The notes under the pieces: model-generated
The model's database searches: none
What the model was told of the DNA's origin: nothing
The model's input: only the letters and a program-made list of their open reading frames with translations
Translations under genes and position numbers: made by a program
NCBI GenBank assembly: GCA_965649215.1
Contig: CBFGJZ010000001.1
Span: 73,678-129,451, forward strand
Source of the DNA: a candidate division WOR-3 bacterium
Lineage (GTDB): Bacteria; Hydrothermota; Tepidihabitantia; Tepidihabitantales; CAIPLT01
Direction: 5' to 3'
Length of the DNA: 55,774 bases
Shown: positions 10,544 through 21,645 of the stretch, in pieces
Layout: every line of letters starts with the position of its first letter
Position numbering within the stretch: position 1 is the stretch's first letter

Positions 10544-11395
10544 TTAAACAATTTTCATCGAAATATCAATAATTGGTGCGGAATGGGTTAGGGCACCGAC
10601 TGAAATATAGTCAACCCCACATTCAGCAATTTTCTGGACATTTTTTAAGTTGACCCCACCAGACACTTCAAGTTTTGCTTTACCTTGGGCTAATTTGACA
10701 GCCTGACGGATTTGCTTTAAGTTCATATTATCAAGCATGATGATTGGTACTTTTAAGGCGAGTGCTTGTTTTACTTGTTTTAGATTGGTTGTTTCAACTT
10801 CAATGGTTAAGTTATTTTTATTATTCTTTTGGGCGTTCTGAATCGCATTCGTTATATTACCAGCAATTTTAATGTGGTTGTCTTTGATTAAAATCATGTC
10901 ATATAACCCAAAACGATGATTTTCGCCACCACCAATTTGGACTGCGTATTTCTCAAAAATTCGAAAATTGGGAGTAGTTTTACGCGTATCAAGGATTTTG
11001 GCTTTTGTGTGTTTAACCTGTTCAACATATTTGCGCGTCAAGGTAGCAATACCACAGAGACGACAGAGAATATTCAAAGCAGTGCGTTCACCGCTTAGTA
11101 AAGCACGAGCATTTCCTTTAAGTTCAGCCAAGACATTACCGGCTTGAAAACAATCACCTTCTTTATAATAAAATTTGATGCTGACTTTAGGATCCAGGGT
11201 TTTAAACACCAGTTTGATAAAATAACTGCCTGCTAAAACTCCCTTTTGTTTTGCAATGATATGGGCAATTGCTATAGTATTGGGTGGAATCGTTAATTGG
11301 CTGGTGATATCACCTTTGCCAATATCTTCTTTAAGTGTGGATTTGATAATTTGCTTAATCTCAGCTAATTTTTTAATATAAGGATGTGGTTTCAT
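10544..11395 (-). CDS. nadC: Quinolinate phosphoribosyltransferase
   Basis: EDIGKGDITS, DTRKTTP, NHRFGL, IKDNH, IMLDNM, SVGALTHS. Confidence 0.95.
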   Translation of the reverse strand: MKPHPYIKKLAEIKQIIKSTLKEDIGKGDITSQLTIPPNTIAIAHIIAKQKGVLAGSYFIKLVFKTLDPKVSIKFYYKEGDCFQAGNVLAELKGNARALLSGERTALNILCRLCGIATLTRKYVEQVKHTKAKILDTRKTTPNFRIFEKYAVQIGGGENHRFGLYDMILIKDNHIKIAGNITNAIQNAQKNNKNNLTIEVETTNLKQVKQALALKVPIIMLDNMNLKQIRQAVKLAQGKAKLEVSGGVNLKNVQKIAECGVDYISVGALTHSAPIIDISMKIV

Positions 11396-11657
11396 AGTTT
11401 AAAATGGTAATGCGTGAGTCTTTTTGAATAAATTCAATGATCTGATTGAAATTGCGTTCAATCATTTTCCAATCGGTATTAACTAAAACGATGGATAGTT
11501 CTGAGCGTTGCCAGAGGTCTTGATGATTGGTTTCTGCAACTGCAACATTGAAATTATCTCGTAAGCGTTGGGTGATACTTAATAGGGTTTTGCGTTTATC
11601 TTTTAAAGAGAGACCGTTTTCAAATAAGCAGTCAACGACTAAAAGTCCAACTGACAT
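11373..11657 (-). CDS. DUF503 (YlxP-like) protein
   Basis: SLKDKR, FNVAVAE..QDLWQR; usual position downstream of infB. Confidence 0.88.
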   Translation of the reverse strand: MSVGLLVVDCLFENGLSLKDKRKTLLSITQRLRDNFNVAVAETNHQDLWQRSELSIVLVNTDWKMIERNFNQIIEFIQKDSRITILNYETTSLY

Positions 11658-11750
11658 AAAAATTACTATTTATTAAACTGTTAAATTTTATCGGAGAAAT
11701 TAAGATGCTCTTTTTGTCTTTAGTTAAGACCATGGATGGAAAGTTCTGTC

Positions 11751-14300
11751 TTATTTTTCGCTGGTTTCAAGATTTTGAGGAGCACGGGCGACCTCCTCAA
11801 TCTTATAGATTTCGAGAATGTCTTGAACTTGGATATCAGTTGCATTCTCAATGCCAATACCACATTCATAACCGCTGTCAACTTCTTTGACGTCTTCTTT
11901 GAAACGTTTGAGTGAGTTAATTTTGCTTCTGAAAATTTCACTGCCATTGCGGATAATTCGAACTAAAGCATTGCGAACTGCTTTGCCTTCGGTCACATAA
12001 CATCCGGCAATGAGTCCAATCTTGGGAATTGTAAAAACTTGTCTTACTTCGGCTTTGCCAATGATAACTTCTTTTTCTTCAGGTTCTAATAAGCCAAGCA
12101 TGGCAGCACGAATATCATCAATTGCCGCATAGATAATTCGATATAAACGAATTTCCACACCTTGTCGTTCAGCGGCTTTGACGGCGTCAGAAAGAGCGGA
12201 GACATGATAACCAACAATCACTGCTTCAGACGCTTGAGCTAATAAAACATCAGAAGTTGTAATTTGGCCAATGCCGGAGTGAATAACTCGCACTCGAACT
12301 TCATCTAAAGATAATCCTTCTAAGGCTTCTTTTAAGGCTTCTGCTGAACCAAAAGTATCAGCTTTAAGGACAATCTTTAATTCTTTAACTGTGCCTTCAA
12401 TGATTTTTTGTTGAAGTTGTTCAAGGCCAATTTTCGCCATCTCACCTTGTTTTAAGCGAATATCCCGTTTCATTAACGCATGGCGAGTCGCAATTTCGCG
12501 AGCGGTGCGTTCATCGGCAACGACTTCAAATCGTTCACCCGCTTCAGGTAGTCCATTACAACCTAAAATTTGCACTGGAAAAGATGGTGTGACTTTATCT
12601 AATCGATTGAAATTTTCATTAAGTAAATCTCGAACTCGGCCAAAAAAGCTACCACAGACAAAAGAATCACCTCGCTTTAGAGTTCCTTGTTGGACTAAGA
12701 CAGTAACGACATTACCTCGACCCCGCTCAATACGGGCTTCGATAACTACCCCTTTAGCAGGGCCATCCGCGACGGCTTGGAGTTTTAGTTCTTCGCTCAA
12801 TAATAGAATTGCTTCTAATAAATCTTCAATTCCTTGACCAGTTCGGACCGAAGTGCAGACACAGAGTGTATCACCCCCATAACCTTCAACCCGTAAGCCA
12901 TTTTGAGCAAGTTGGCTTTTAACCATTTCCGGATTGGTATTGGGTAGATCGCACTTGGTAATAGCAACAATAATCGGAATTCCTGCGGCCCGTGCATGGT
13001 TTAAGGCTTCAATGGTCTGGGGCATAACACTATCATCAGCAGCAACAACTAAAACCGCAATATCAGTGATTTGAGCACCCCGCGCACGCATGGCGGTAAA
13101 GGCTTCATGACCAGGGGTATCTAAAAAAGTGATTGGCTTGTCTTTATATTTCACAACATAAGCACCAATGTGTTGGGTAATGCGACCATGTTCTTTTTCG
13201 GCCACCTTTGTTTTCCGAATATAGTCTAAGAGAGATGTTTTACCATGGTCAACATGTCCCATCACAACAACTACTGGTGGTCGTTCTTTAAGTTCACCAC
13301 TGACCACTGACGGGACGGTCTCTTCTTGTAGTTCAATTTCAATTTTAAACTCATCAGCTAAGAGAGTGATGGTGTCAGGATCTAAGCGTTGATTGACCGT
13401 GGCAAGCAAGCCAAAACTGATACATTTTTTAATAATTTCAACTGGTGAAATACCAATCAGATGGGCTAATTCCGCAACACTTACATAAGGGGTAACTTTT
13501 ATCTTCTTAGTTTCTGTAGGAGTTGTTGTCTGAGTAGCTTTTTCAATGTGATGACGGTGTTTTATTTCTCGGTGTTCAATTTTCGCCATCGTGCGTTTGA
13601 TGGTCTTTTGAATTTCAACAGTTGGTGGTGTAATTGTGGCTTGAGATTGGGGGGAAGTCATGCTCTTTTTACGTAACGATTCCTTAAAGATTGATTTTTC
13701 TTGACGTAATCTCTCTCGTACTTTAGCATATTCATATTGATTTATATGGGCAGTGTAGCCACGGGGGGTAAACCCTAAATCTTTAAGAATCGTGACTAAC
13801 GCTTCGCTAGAAAGATTGAGTTGCTTAGCTGCTTCAAAGACTTTTAATTCACCGGCGGTACTTTTGGTTGAAGATGGTGTTTTATCAGTTACAATTGGTT
13901 TTGATTTGACCGGCGGAACTTCGCTTTTGCTTTCAGTCACACCTGGTTGTTCAACTGTTGGAGTTGGTGTTTTTTTAGTTTCTACAGAAGTGCTCGGCGT
14001 GATTGGGGTTTCTTGTTTGATTTCTTCAACTTTTGGTGGTACTATGGTAGTTTCTGCGCTTACCGCTTCAGTTGGTTGTGAATTGGTTGTTTCAATATGT
14101 TTGCTTTTGCTCTTGCGAGTAGTCTTAGTAATTGTGGGAGATTTAGTTGTTTTTGGTTTTGGGGGGCGTCCCCGTCGTTTTTTAATTGGTTCAGACGGAC
14201 CTTTATCTGCCTCTGACTGATTTGATAAATTGTCTTGTCCGGTTGAGGCAGATTTGATTTTATTTTTCTTTTGGTCCTTATCTGAATCTATTCGGTCCAT
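11751..14300 (-). CDS. infB: Translation initiation factor IF-2 with long low-complexity N-terminus
   Basis: [38 protein letters not shown]. Confidence 0.97.
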   Translation of the reverse strand: MDRIDSDKDQKKNKIKSASTGQDNLSNQSEADKGPSEPIKKRRGRPPKPKTTKSPTITKTTRKSKSKHIETTNSQPTEAVSAETTIVPPKVEEIKQETPITPSTSVETKKTPTPTVEQPGVTESKSEVPPVKSKPIVTDKTPSSTKSTAGELKVFEAAKQLNLSSEALVTILKDLGFTPRGYTAHINQYEYAKVRERLRQEKSIFKESLRKKSMTSPQSQATITPPTVEIQKTIKRTMAKIEHREIKHRHHIEKATQTTTPTETKKIKVTPYVSVAELAHLIGISPVEIIKKCISFGLLATVNQRLDPDTITLLADEFKIEIELQEETVPSVVSGELKERPPVVVVMGHVDHGKTSLLDYIRKTKVAEKEHGRITQHIGAYVVKYKDKPITFLDTPGHEAFTAMRARGAQITDIAVLVVAADDSVMPQTIEALNHARAAGIPIIVAITKCDLPNTNPEMVKSQLAQNGLRVEGYGGDTLCVCTSVRTGQGIEDLLEAILLLSEELKLQAVADGPAKGVVIEARIERGRGNVVTVLVQQGTLKRGDSFVCGSFFGRVRDLLNENFNRLDKVTPSFPVQILGCNGLPEAGERFEVVADERTAREIATRHALMKRDIRLKQGEMAKIGLEQLQQKIIEGTVKELKIVLKADTFGSAEALKEALEGLSLDEVRVRVIHSGIGQITTSDVLLAQASEAVIVGYHVSALSDAVKAAERQGVEIRLYRIIYAAIDDIRAAMLGLLEPEEKEVIIGKAEVRQVFTIPKIGLIAGCYVTEGKAVRNALVRIIRNGSEIFRSKINSLKRFKEDVKEVDSGYECGIGIENATDIQVQDILEIYKIEEVARAPQNLETSEK

Positions 14301-15529
14301 ATTTGATCTTTAACAAACTTTTTTAGTTGTTCAATCTTTTCAATTTCATAATTCGTAACATTCGCTAATTGTTCACTTGGCAGATTAAGAATATCAAACG
14401 CAGTAGTTATCTGAGCGTCTTGTAATTTCGTAATTTCTTCTTCCGATAAATCTAAATCTTTTATCGAGATTGTCTTGGCTTTATTATTCATAAGGCGATT
14501 TTTGTAATCAGAAGCTTTTAAGACTTCTAGGCGAGCCCCAACTAAATTACTTGCTAACCAAACATTTTGTCCTTTTTTCCCAATGGCAATAGAAAAATCA
14601 GCGTCTTCAACAATAACAAAATAACTTTCACCTTCTTTAAAAACTTCTTTAATTTTCGCAGGGGCTAAAGCGCGTTGGATAAAAACACTGATATCTTTGC
14701 TGTATAGGACAATGTCAATCTTTTCACCCGAAAGTTCCTTAATAATATTTTGAATCCTTGATTTCCGATAACCGACACAGGCGCCAACCGGGTCGACTTT
14801 TTCATCGTTGGTGGAGACTGCAACCTTAGCTCGAAAACCGGGCGCTCGTGCAATCGCTTTGATTTCGACAATTCCTTCGCGGATTTCTGGTACTTCTTTA
14901 GTTAAGAGTTTTCTTAAGAAGTCATTATGAGTACGAGATAAGAAAATACGGGGACCAATCGGCGTTTTTTCGACCCGATAGACTAATGCTTTGATTGGTG
15001 CACCTTGACGATAATGATCGGTTTTAAGCTGGTCTCGATTGGCTAAAATCGCTTCGGTCAAACCAATATTTACAGTGATTTCATCTTTGCCAATTTTTGA
15101 AATGGTACCAGAAATTATTTCACCTTTTTTACGATTATATTCATCAAATAATTTATTACGTTCTGCTTCCCGTAATTTCAAGAGTAATTCATCGGATGCT
15201 TTACGAATGGCACTCCGCCCAATCTCACTTAAAGGAATTAAAACCCGGACTTTTTCCCCAATGGCAGTTTGAGGATTTATTTTTAAGGCTTCATCAAGGT
15301 TGATTTCTAAAACTGGATTTGAAACTTCACCGACAACCTCTTTAATTAAATAAACATTGATTTCCGAAGCATCAGGAGTAATATCAATTTCTACCCGCGT
15401 ATCTCTCCCAAAACGTCGTTTGAGACCTTCAATTATTGCTAATTTTAAAGTTTCAATTACATAAGTAATGTCCACATTGCGGATGCGAGCAATTTGGGTT
15501 ATGAGATTAGAAATTTCTTTATTGTTCAC
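14288..15529 (-). CDS. nusA: Transcription termination/antitermination factor NusA
   Basis: EVPEI, ARAPGFRAKVAV, DPVGACVG, AIGKKGQN. Start moved to GTG 15529 behind GGAGG. Confidence 0.95.
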   Translation of the reverse strand: MNNKEISNLITQIARIRNVDITYVIETLKLAIIEGLKRRFGRDTRVEIDITPDASEINVYLIKEVVGEVSNPVLEINLDEALKINPQTAIGEKVRVLIPLSEIGRSAIRKASDELLLKLREAERNKLFDEYNRKKGEIISGTISKIGKDEITVNIGLTEAILANRDQLKTDHYRQGAPIKALVYRVEKTPIGPRIFLSRTHNDFLRKLLTKEVPEIREGIVEIKAIARAPGFRAKVAVSTNDEKVDPVGACVGYRKSRIQNIIKELSGEKIDIVLYSKDISVFIQRALAPAKIKEVFKEGESYFVIVEDADFSIAIGKKGQNVWLASNLVGARLEVLKASDYKNRLMNNKAKTISIKDLDLSEEEITKLQDAQITTAFDILNLPSEQLANVTNYEIEKIEQLKKFVKDQIWTE

Positions 15530-16019
15530 TCTTTCCCTCCCGCTTATTTTTGGTCTTAAATAATTCTTGGTTTGATACAATCAATTGAGCCGAATTTATT
15601 TCCTGATAATTAATAAATTGTTGAGTTAATGGTTTGGCGCAAGAACCAACTATATTTTCAATAGTAACGCCATCTTCATTGACCGCGATAATTTTGCCAA
15701 TGAATTTACCACGATTGGTTTTGATGGCAACGGTCTTATTGAGGGAAACTTGAAAATCGTTTTGATGGCGGAGTTTACGTTCTAAACCCGGTGAGGAAAC
15801 TTCTAAGAAATAACGTTTAGGAATAAGATTTTCCATATCTAAAGCAACGGACAAAGCTTGAGAGACTTGAGCACAAGTATCGATCGTGATTGGGTTGGCC
15901 GCAGTAATAAACACTTGCAAAAGATTTCCTTTGTAATTGATATCATATAATTCAACACCACATGCCTCAATTGTTTTTTGAATAAGGTTTAAGAGGGCAG
16001 GTTCAATTTGTTTTGTCAT
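15519..16019 (-). CDS. rimP: Ribosome maturation factor RimP
   Basis: ITIDTCAQVS, YFLEVSSPGLERKL; upstream of nusA. Confidence 0.93.
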   Translation of the reverse strand: MTKQIEPALLNLIQKTIEACGVELYDINYKGNLLQVFITAANPITIDTCAQVSQALSVALDMENLIPKRYFLEVSSPGLERKLRHQNDFQVSLNKTVAIKTNRGKFIGKIIAVNEDGVTIENIVGSCAKPLTQQFINYQEINSAQLIVSNQELFKTKNKREGKSEQ

Positions 16020-16104
16020 GTCGTCCTGTTTTCTCCAAATCTATCAAAATCCGAAGATAATTGCGATATATTTTATAATACAATTATCTGTGGTTGTTAT
16101 TTTA

Positions 16105-16132
16105 ATTATATGAGATTTATCTTATAAGTCAA
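16105..16132 (-). promoter_or_regulatory. sigma70-type promoter of the rimP operon
   Basis: TTGACT-16bp-TATAAT on the minus strand. Confidence 0.65.
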
Positions 16133-16152
16133 GAGATTTTTTCTAAAGAGTC

Positions 16153-16180
16153 TTGACAAAAGGTTAATTTTGTGTAAAGT
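16153..16180 (+). promoter_or_regulatory. sigma70-type promoter of rpsO-pnp
   Basis: TTGACA-16bp-TAAAGT, preceded by TGTG. Confidence 0.6.
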
Positions 16181-16242
16181 TAGATTAGTTTAATTATTGA
16201 GTTTTTTGAAGTAAATATTTAAATTGGCAATATAGGTCACCA

Positions 16243-16272
16243 CTCACTTGGCTCGCTCAAAAGCGAAGTGAG
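16243..16272 (+). promoter_or_regulatory. Structured rpsO 5' leader (candidate S15 autoregulatory element)
   Basis: CTCACTT/AAGTGAG outer stem and CGCT/AGCG inner stem in a GC-richer patch upstream of the SD GGAGG. Confidence 0.45.
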
Positions 16273-16300
16273 CAGGTAGCATTTTATTGCGGAGGAAATT

Positions 16301-16573
16301 ATGGCATTAACAAAAGAATTGAAACGTAAGTTAATTGATGAGTATAAATTGCACGAGAAAGATACTGGCTCACCGGAAGTTCAAATTGTTATCCTAACCG
16401 AACGGATTAAACTGCTTACTGAGCATCTTAAAGCTCATCCCAAAGATAAACATTCTCGTCGAGGGTTAATTAAAATGGTTAATGAACGTCGACGACATCT
16501 AAATTACCTTTATGAATATCATCGGGATCGGTATAAGAAAATCGTTGCAAAACTGAACTTACGCGGTCTATGA
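16301..16573 (+). CDS. rpsO: 30S ribosomal protein S15
   Basis: [24 protein letters not shown]. Confidence 0.97.
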   Translation: MALTKELKRKLIDEYKLHEKDTGSPEVQIVILTERIKLLTEHLKAHPKDKHSRRGLIKMVNERRRHLNYLYEYHRDRYKKIVAKLNLRGL

Positions 16574-18666
16574 AAAAAGTTGAATTAGAACTTAATCAGC
16601 GACGGTTAAGTTTAGAAACGGGGTTATTGGCAAGACAAGCAGCCGGCTCAGTTTTAGTGCGTTACGGCGATACGGTGGTGTTAGTGAGCGTTGTTTATAA
16701 GAAAGAAATAAGTGAAGACAGTGATTTTTTACCACTGACCGTTGATTATCGAGAGCCAACCTACGCGGCTGGTAAAATTCCGGGTGGCTTTTTCAAGCGA
16801 GAAGGAAAGCCACGGGATAAGGAAATTTTAGTTTCGCGTTTAGTGGATCGGCCAATTCGACCATTATTTCCAAAAGAATATCGCAATGAAACCCAAATCA
16901 TTGGTTCCTTATTATCCAGTGATTTAGAAAATGAAGGTGATTTTTTAGGAATTATTGGGGCTTCTTCGGCATTGCTAATTTCAGAAATACCATTTACAAT
17001 TCCTATTGGAGCAGTACGGGTAGCAAAAATTGATGATCGTTTTGTGATTAATCCTTTGCTTTCCGAACAAGATCGAGCGCAACTGAATTTAATTGTGGCT
17101 GGAACTAAAGATTCAGTGGTTATGCTTGAAGGGGGGGCAAGAGAGATTAGTAACGATGATTTAATCGAAGCAATCAAATATGCCCAAGGTGAAATCCGCC
17201 GAATAATTGAATTACAAGAAGAATTATACCGCGCAGTAGCGCCCGTTAAAATCGATCTTGATGAGTTAACAAATAAAGACAAACAAAAACAAGCAAACGA
17301 ATTAACTCAGATTGTTATTGAACGAGCGAGCCAGCTAGTTCATGAAGCTAATAATATTAAAGAAAAACAAGAACGTAACGAAACAATACTTGAGATTATC
17401 GATAAAATCAGTCAAGAATTAGAAAGTACCTATCCGAATTGCAAAAATAAAGTGAGTGCAATTATTGATGATATTGTCCGCGTCGATATGCGCCAACGTA
17501 TCTTAGAAACAGGTATTCGATTAGATGGACGAACAAGCCATGAAATTAGACCAATTAGTTGTGCTATCGGTGTTTTACCAAGAACGCATGGTTCAGCAAT
17601 TTTTAGCCGTGGTCAAACTCAAGCTTTAGCAGTTACAACCTTAGGCACAAAATCTGATGAACAAATTATTGAAGATATTGAACGGCAAGAGACAAAATCT
17701 TTTATGCTTCATTATAATTTCCCTGGCTTTGCAACCGGCGAAGTTAAACCACTAAAAGGACCCGGCCGCAGAGAGATTGGACACGGTGCATTAGCGGAAC
17801 GGGCAATCGAAGCAGTGTTACCGGTTAATGATTGCTTTCCTTATACAATACGAGTCGTATCCGATATTTTAGAATCCAATGGCTCATCGTCAATGGCAAC
17901 TGTTTGTGCTGCTTCATTATCATTAATGGATGCTGGCGTACCGATTAGAAACGCTGTCGCTGGGATTGCTATGGGGTTAGTTAAAGAAAATGAACGTTAC
18001 GAAATTTTAACTGATATTATCGGTGCAGAAGATCACTATGGCGATATGGATTTTAAGATTGCGGGTAGTAAAAATGGAATTACCGCAATCCAATTAGATC
18101 TGAAAATTACCGGCGTCGACCTTTCAATTCTGAAAGAAGCTTTAGATCAAGCTGAAAAAGTTCGACACGAAATATTGGCAATAATGGCGAAGACAATCGA
18201 TACACCTCGCTCCAGTATTTCTCAGTACGCACCAAAAATAATCGCTTTTAAAATTAAAAAGGAAAAGATTGGGGCAGTGATTGGACCAGGTGGAAAAATT
18301 ATTCGTAAGATCATCGATGAAACCGGTGCCGAGATTGATATTGATGACGATGGCGAAGTTACAATCTCTGCGCCTACTAATGAACAACTTTCCAAAGCAC
18401 GGGATCGAATATTAGAGATTACCGAAGAAGTGGAAGTTGGTAAAATTTATACAGGTGTAGTAAAACGCATTATGAACTTTGGGGCTTTTGTTGAGATATT
18501 ACCGGGCAAAGAAGGGTTGGTACATATTTCGCAATTAGCGCCATATCGAGTGAAAAATGTGTCGGATGTCGTGAAGGTTGGCGATCAGATAAGAGTTAAA
18601 GTAATTGAAATTGATGAAATGGGACGGATTAATCTCTCAAGGCGTCAAGCTGAAAAGAAATCATGA
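16570..18666 (+). CDS. pnp: Polyribonucleotide nucleotidyltransferase
   Basis: [34 protein letters not shown] and S1 domains. Confidence 0.97.
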   Translation: MKKVELELNQRRLSLETGLLARQAAGSVLVRYGDTVVLVSVVYKKEISEDSDFLPLTVDYREPTYAAGKIPGGFFKREGKPRDKEILVSRLVDRPIRPLFPKEYRNETQIIGSLLSSDLENEGDFLGIIGASSALLISEIPFTIPIGAVRVAKIDDRFVINPLLSEQDRAQLNLIVAGTKDSVVMLEGGAREISNDDLIEAIKYAQGEIRRIIELQEELYRAVAPVKIDLDELTNKDKQKQANELTQIVIERASQLVHEANNIKEKQERNETILEIIDKISQELESTYPNCKNKVSAIIDDIVRVDMRQRILETGIRLDGRTSHEIRPISCAIGVLPRTHGSAIFSRGQTQALAVTTLGTKSDEQIIEDIERQETKSFMLHYNFPGFATGEVKPLKGPGRREIGHGALAERAIEAVLPVNDCFPYTIRVVSDILESNGSSSMATVCAASLSLMDAGVPIRNAVAGIAMGLVKENERYEILTDIIGAEDHYGDMDFKIAGSKNGITAIQLDLKITGVDLSILKEALDQAEKVRHEILAIMAKTIDTPRSSISQYAPKIIAFKIKKEKIGAVIGPGGKIIRKIIDETGAEIDIDDDGEVTISAPTNEQLSKARDRILEITEEVEVGKIYTGVVKRIMNFGAFVEILPGKEGLVHISQLAPYRVKNVSDVVKVGDQIRVKVIEIDEMGRINLSRRQAEKKS

Positions 18667-18850
18667 TATTACCCAAAAGACAAATTTTAGTGCGAAGCAA
18701 TCTTAAAAGAGTTGACCCTTATTTTTTCAGTATTATAAGGTCAATTCCGCATATATGATATGCTTCGCATAACATAATGACAAAATCCCAAAATTTCTTT
18801 TCTAACGTTTCATCTTTATGCTTTAGTAATCATACCGTAAAAAAGACGAT

Positions 18851-20137
18851 ATGAGCGAAATTCAAATTACTGAGATTAGTCCTTATTTTTCAGTTATTAG
18901 TGAGACCATGCCCAACATAAAATCAGCAGCTTTAGGTGTTTTTTTTCAACATGGTAGTCGTTGTGAATCATCATCAGAACAAGGTATAACCCATTTAATT
19001 GAACATCTTTTATTTCAAAAGACAAAACAAAAAACCGCTCGAGAAATTGCGCTCTTTGCGGAATCACGTGGAGCAGTTGTCGATGGGTTTACAACTAAAG
19101 AACTAAGCGGTATTTATGCTCGTTTTGTCAACAGTAATTTTTATGATATCATCGATTTGATAAGCGAATGTATATGTGAAGTAGAGTTTACTGAGGAGAC
19201 TTTAAATAAAGAGCAACACCTTATCATAAAAGAAATAGAAAATATTGAAGATAATCCTGAAGAATATATTTTTATACTGTTTGATAAATTTCTCTTTGCC
19301 GATCACCCATTGTCCTATCCGTCTGTCGGTATTAAAGAAACGGTCTCATCTTTAAAATTAAAGCAGATTGTTGATTATTATTATAACAAGTATCTTACTT
19401 CAAAAGTATGTATTTCGGCAGCCGGTCAGATTGAGCACAATCAATTAGTAGATGGTGCCCAAAAACTGATTGATTTATTGAAATTAAATACTAAATCACA
19501 AATCTTTTCAAAACCGATAACTAAAATTGAAGCAAAAAGAATCATTAAAAGAAGAAGTGATTTACAACAAGTGTATTCTCTTGGGGGTAAGTTCACTTTT
19601 TCTTATCAAAGTGAAGAGCGGTATGGTTTGATATTACTTAATAATATTTGGGGTGGTATGATAAGTTCCCGTTTTTTTAATCGGCTACGGGAAAAGGAAG
19701 CATTGGTTTATACAGTTACTACTTTTCTTGATTTGTATTCTGATATCGGAATTATTGGAGGATTTATAGTTATGGACCCAACTAATTTGAAACGAGTATA
19801 TTGGGTAGGTCAAGAAGAACTAGAAAGATTAAGCAGTGAAGGAATAACTGAAGAAGAATTACAACGCTCAATCAATTATACAAAATCATTATTAATTGTA
19901 AATAATGAAGATCCCATGTCAAGAATGATTCGTAATGCCAAACATAAATTATTACTGAATCGAGTTGTAACGATTGATGAAACTATTGCTAAATTTGAAA
20001 AATGTAGTATCGAAAGTATAAATAAGTTAACTGATCAGTTACCACTTAAAAATTATATCGTTGTCAATATTGGTGATTTAAGACATCTTGAAGAAGAGAT
20101 TACAAATATCAGCCCAACAAACATTATTTATACATAA
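18851..20137 (+). CDS. M16 (pitrilysin/MPP-like) zinc peptidase
   Basis: GSRCE..GITHLIEH (HXXEH); SSRFFNRLREKEALVY. Confidence 0.88.
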   Translation: MSEIQITEISPYFSVISETMPNIKSAALGVFFQHGSRCESSSEQGITHLIEHLLFQKTKQKTAREIALFAESRGAVVDGFTTKELSGIYARFVNSNFYDIIDLISECICEVEFTEETLNKEQHLIIKEIENIEDNPEEYIFILFDKFLFADHPLSYPSVGIKETVSSLKLKQIVDYYYNKYLTSKVCISAAGQIEHNQLVDGAQKLIDLLKLNTKSQIFSKPITKIEAKRIIKRRSDLQQVYSLGGKFTFSYQSEERYGLILLNNIWGGMISSRFFNRLREKEALVYTVTTFLDLYSDIGIIGGFIVMDPTNLKRVYWVGQEELERLSSEGITEEELQRSINYTKSLLIVNNEDPMSRMIRNAKHKLLLNRVVTIDETIAKFEKCSIESINKLTDQLPLKNYIVVNIGDLRHLEEEITNISPTNIIYT

Positions 20138-20233
20138 CGGTTTATCAAAAATGAGGAGAACATATTTGATAATAATATTAAAGAAAGAAATGAGATATTT
20201 TAATGGTAAATAATTAATTGATTGATAAAAGAG

Positions 20234-21535
20234 ATGAATAATAACATACAAATAAACCAAATCAATCCACGGGTTACTTTAATAACTGAAAAAATGCCTT
20301 ATGCCAAATCATTAGCTATGGGGTTTATTACTGCTGCTGGGAGCAGATATGAGACTAATTCTAATAATGGACTTACTCATCTAACTGAACATATGCTTTT
20401 CAAAGGGTCTGAACAATTAACTGCTTTTAATATCGCAAAGTTTTTTGAATCATTGGGTGTCCAATTGGATGCTTATACTGCCAAAGAAAGTGCCGGTGTA
20501 ACCTGTCATTTTTTACCTGAAAATTTTGATTCAGTAGTTAATTTACTTTTCAAAATTATGCGGGAAGTAAGTTTTAATGAAGAAGAATTGGTTAAAGAAA
20601 AACAAGTAGTCTTGCAAGAAATACGAGAAATAAATGATAATCCCCAAGAATATATTCATGAACTTTTTGCTCAAATTATGTTTCCAAATCATCCTCTATC
20701 TTATCCAATTGCTGGTAGGCCACATATCGTTAATAAATTATCTCGCAATGATTTAATTGATTTTCATAGATATACTACTTTCTCGACACGCTTATGTGTT
20801 TCATTAGCAGGTCAATTAGAACACACTGAATTATTGGATAAAATAACGAAATTAAATTTTCATTGTCAAAATACTAATTATTGGGTTATGCCCACCCCCC
20901 CGATAAAGAATAATAGAAAGACCTTAATATATCAAATTCGCAATCAAATGCAGCAAGTTCATACGATAATCGGTTTTTACACAATTCCCTACACTAATGA
21001 ATTAAGATATCAGGTAAATTTACTAAATTGTATTATTGGGGGGGCATTGAGTTCTCATCTTAATCAACGATTACGGGAAAAAGAAGGATTAATAAACTAT
21101 ATCATTTCCTATTTAGATCTGTACTGCGATATTGGTCTCTGGGCAATTTATTTCATTACCGAAAGTAGAAATCTAAATAAGATAATATCAATTATTATGG
21201 AAGAACTAGAAAATATTAAAAAAGTTGGCATTGCTACTCAAGAATTACAATGGGCTAAAAACTATTATAAAGGTAGTATAACATTAGCAAGTGAATTGCC
21301 AACGACAAGGGCATTGACAAATGCACAACAATATTTATATCTTAAACAAGTAGTAAGCACCGATGATATTTTAAGATTAATTGAGCAAGTGCAGATTAAT
21401 GATCTCAATGAATGTTTATCATTTTTAGACAATCAAAACTATTGTTGCGCAACAATCGGTGCGATTTTAAAAGAAGATCTAAACGAGTGTAAAAATGCAT
21501 ACGAAAATATTATTGAAGTGGCGGCAAAACAATAA
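20234..21535 (+). CDS. M16 zinc peptidase, second paralog
   Basis: GSRYE..GLTHLTEHMLFKG; SSHLNQRLREKEGL. Start uncertain (TTG 20222 or ATG 20234). Confidence 0.88.
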   Translation: MNNNIQINQINPRVTLITEKMPYAKSLAMGFITAAGSRYETNSNNGLTHLTEHMLFKGSEQLTAFNIAKFFESLGVQLDAYTAKESAGVTCHFLPENFDSVVNLLFKIMREVSFNEEELVKEKQVVLQEIREINDNPQEYIHELFAQIMFPNHPLSYPIAGRPHIVNKLSRNDLIDFHRYTTFSTRLCVSLAGQLEHTELLDKITKLNFHCQNTNYWVMPTPPIKNNRKTLIYQIRNQMQQVHTIIGFYTIPYTNELRYQVNLLNCIIGGALSSHLNQRLREKEGLINYIISYLDLYCDIGLWAIYFITESRNLNKIISIIMEELENIKKVGIATQELQWAKNYYKGSITLASELPTTRALTNAQQYLYLKQVVSTDDILRLIEQVQINDLNECLSFLDNQNYCCATIGAILKEDLNECKNAYENIIEVAAKQ

Positions 21536-21645
21536 TAAGTTATGAGAAAAAAACCAAATATGATCTTAAAAGATAAGCATAAAGCTGATTTGTTATTGAA
21601 ACTAAAAAGGTATCAAATTATTTTGTAACATATAAGTATAACTAT

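Noticed and set aside
18663-18758. 31-aa ORF overlapping the pnp stop, with a short match (CCTTATTTTT..CAGT) to the start of the M16 gene
   Set aside because: Short, low-complexity and without an SD; likely chance.
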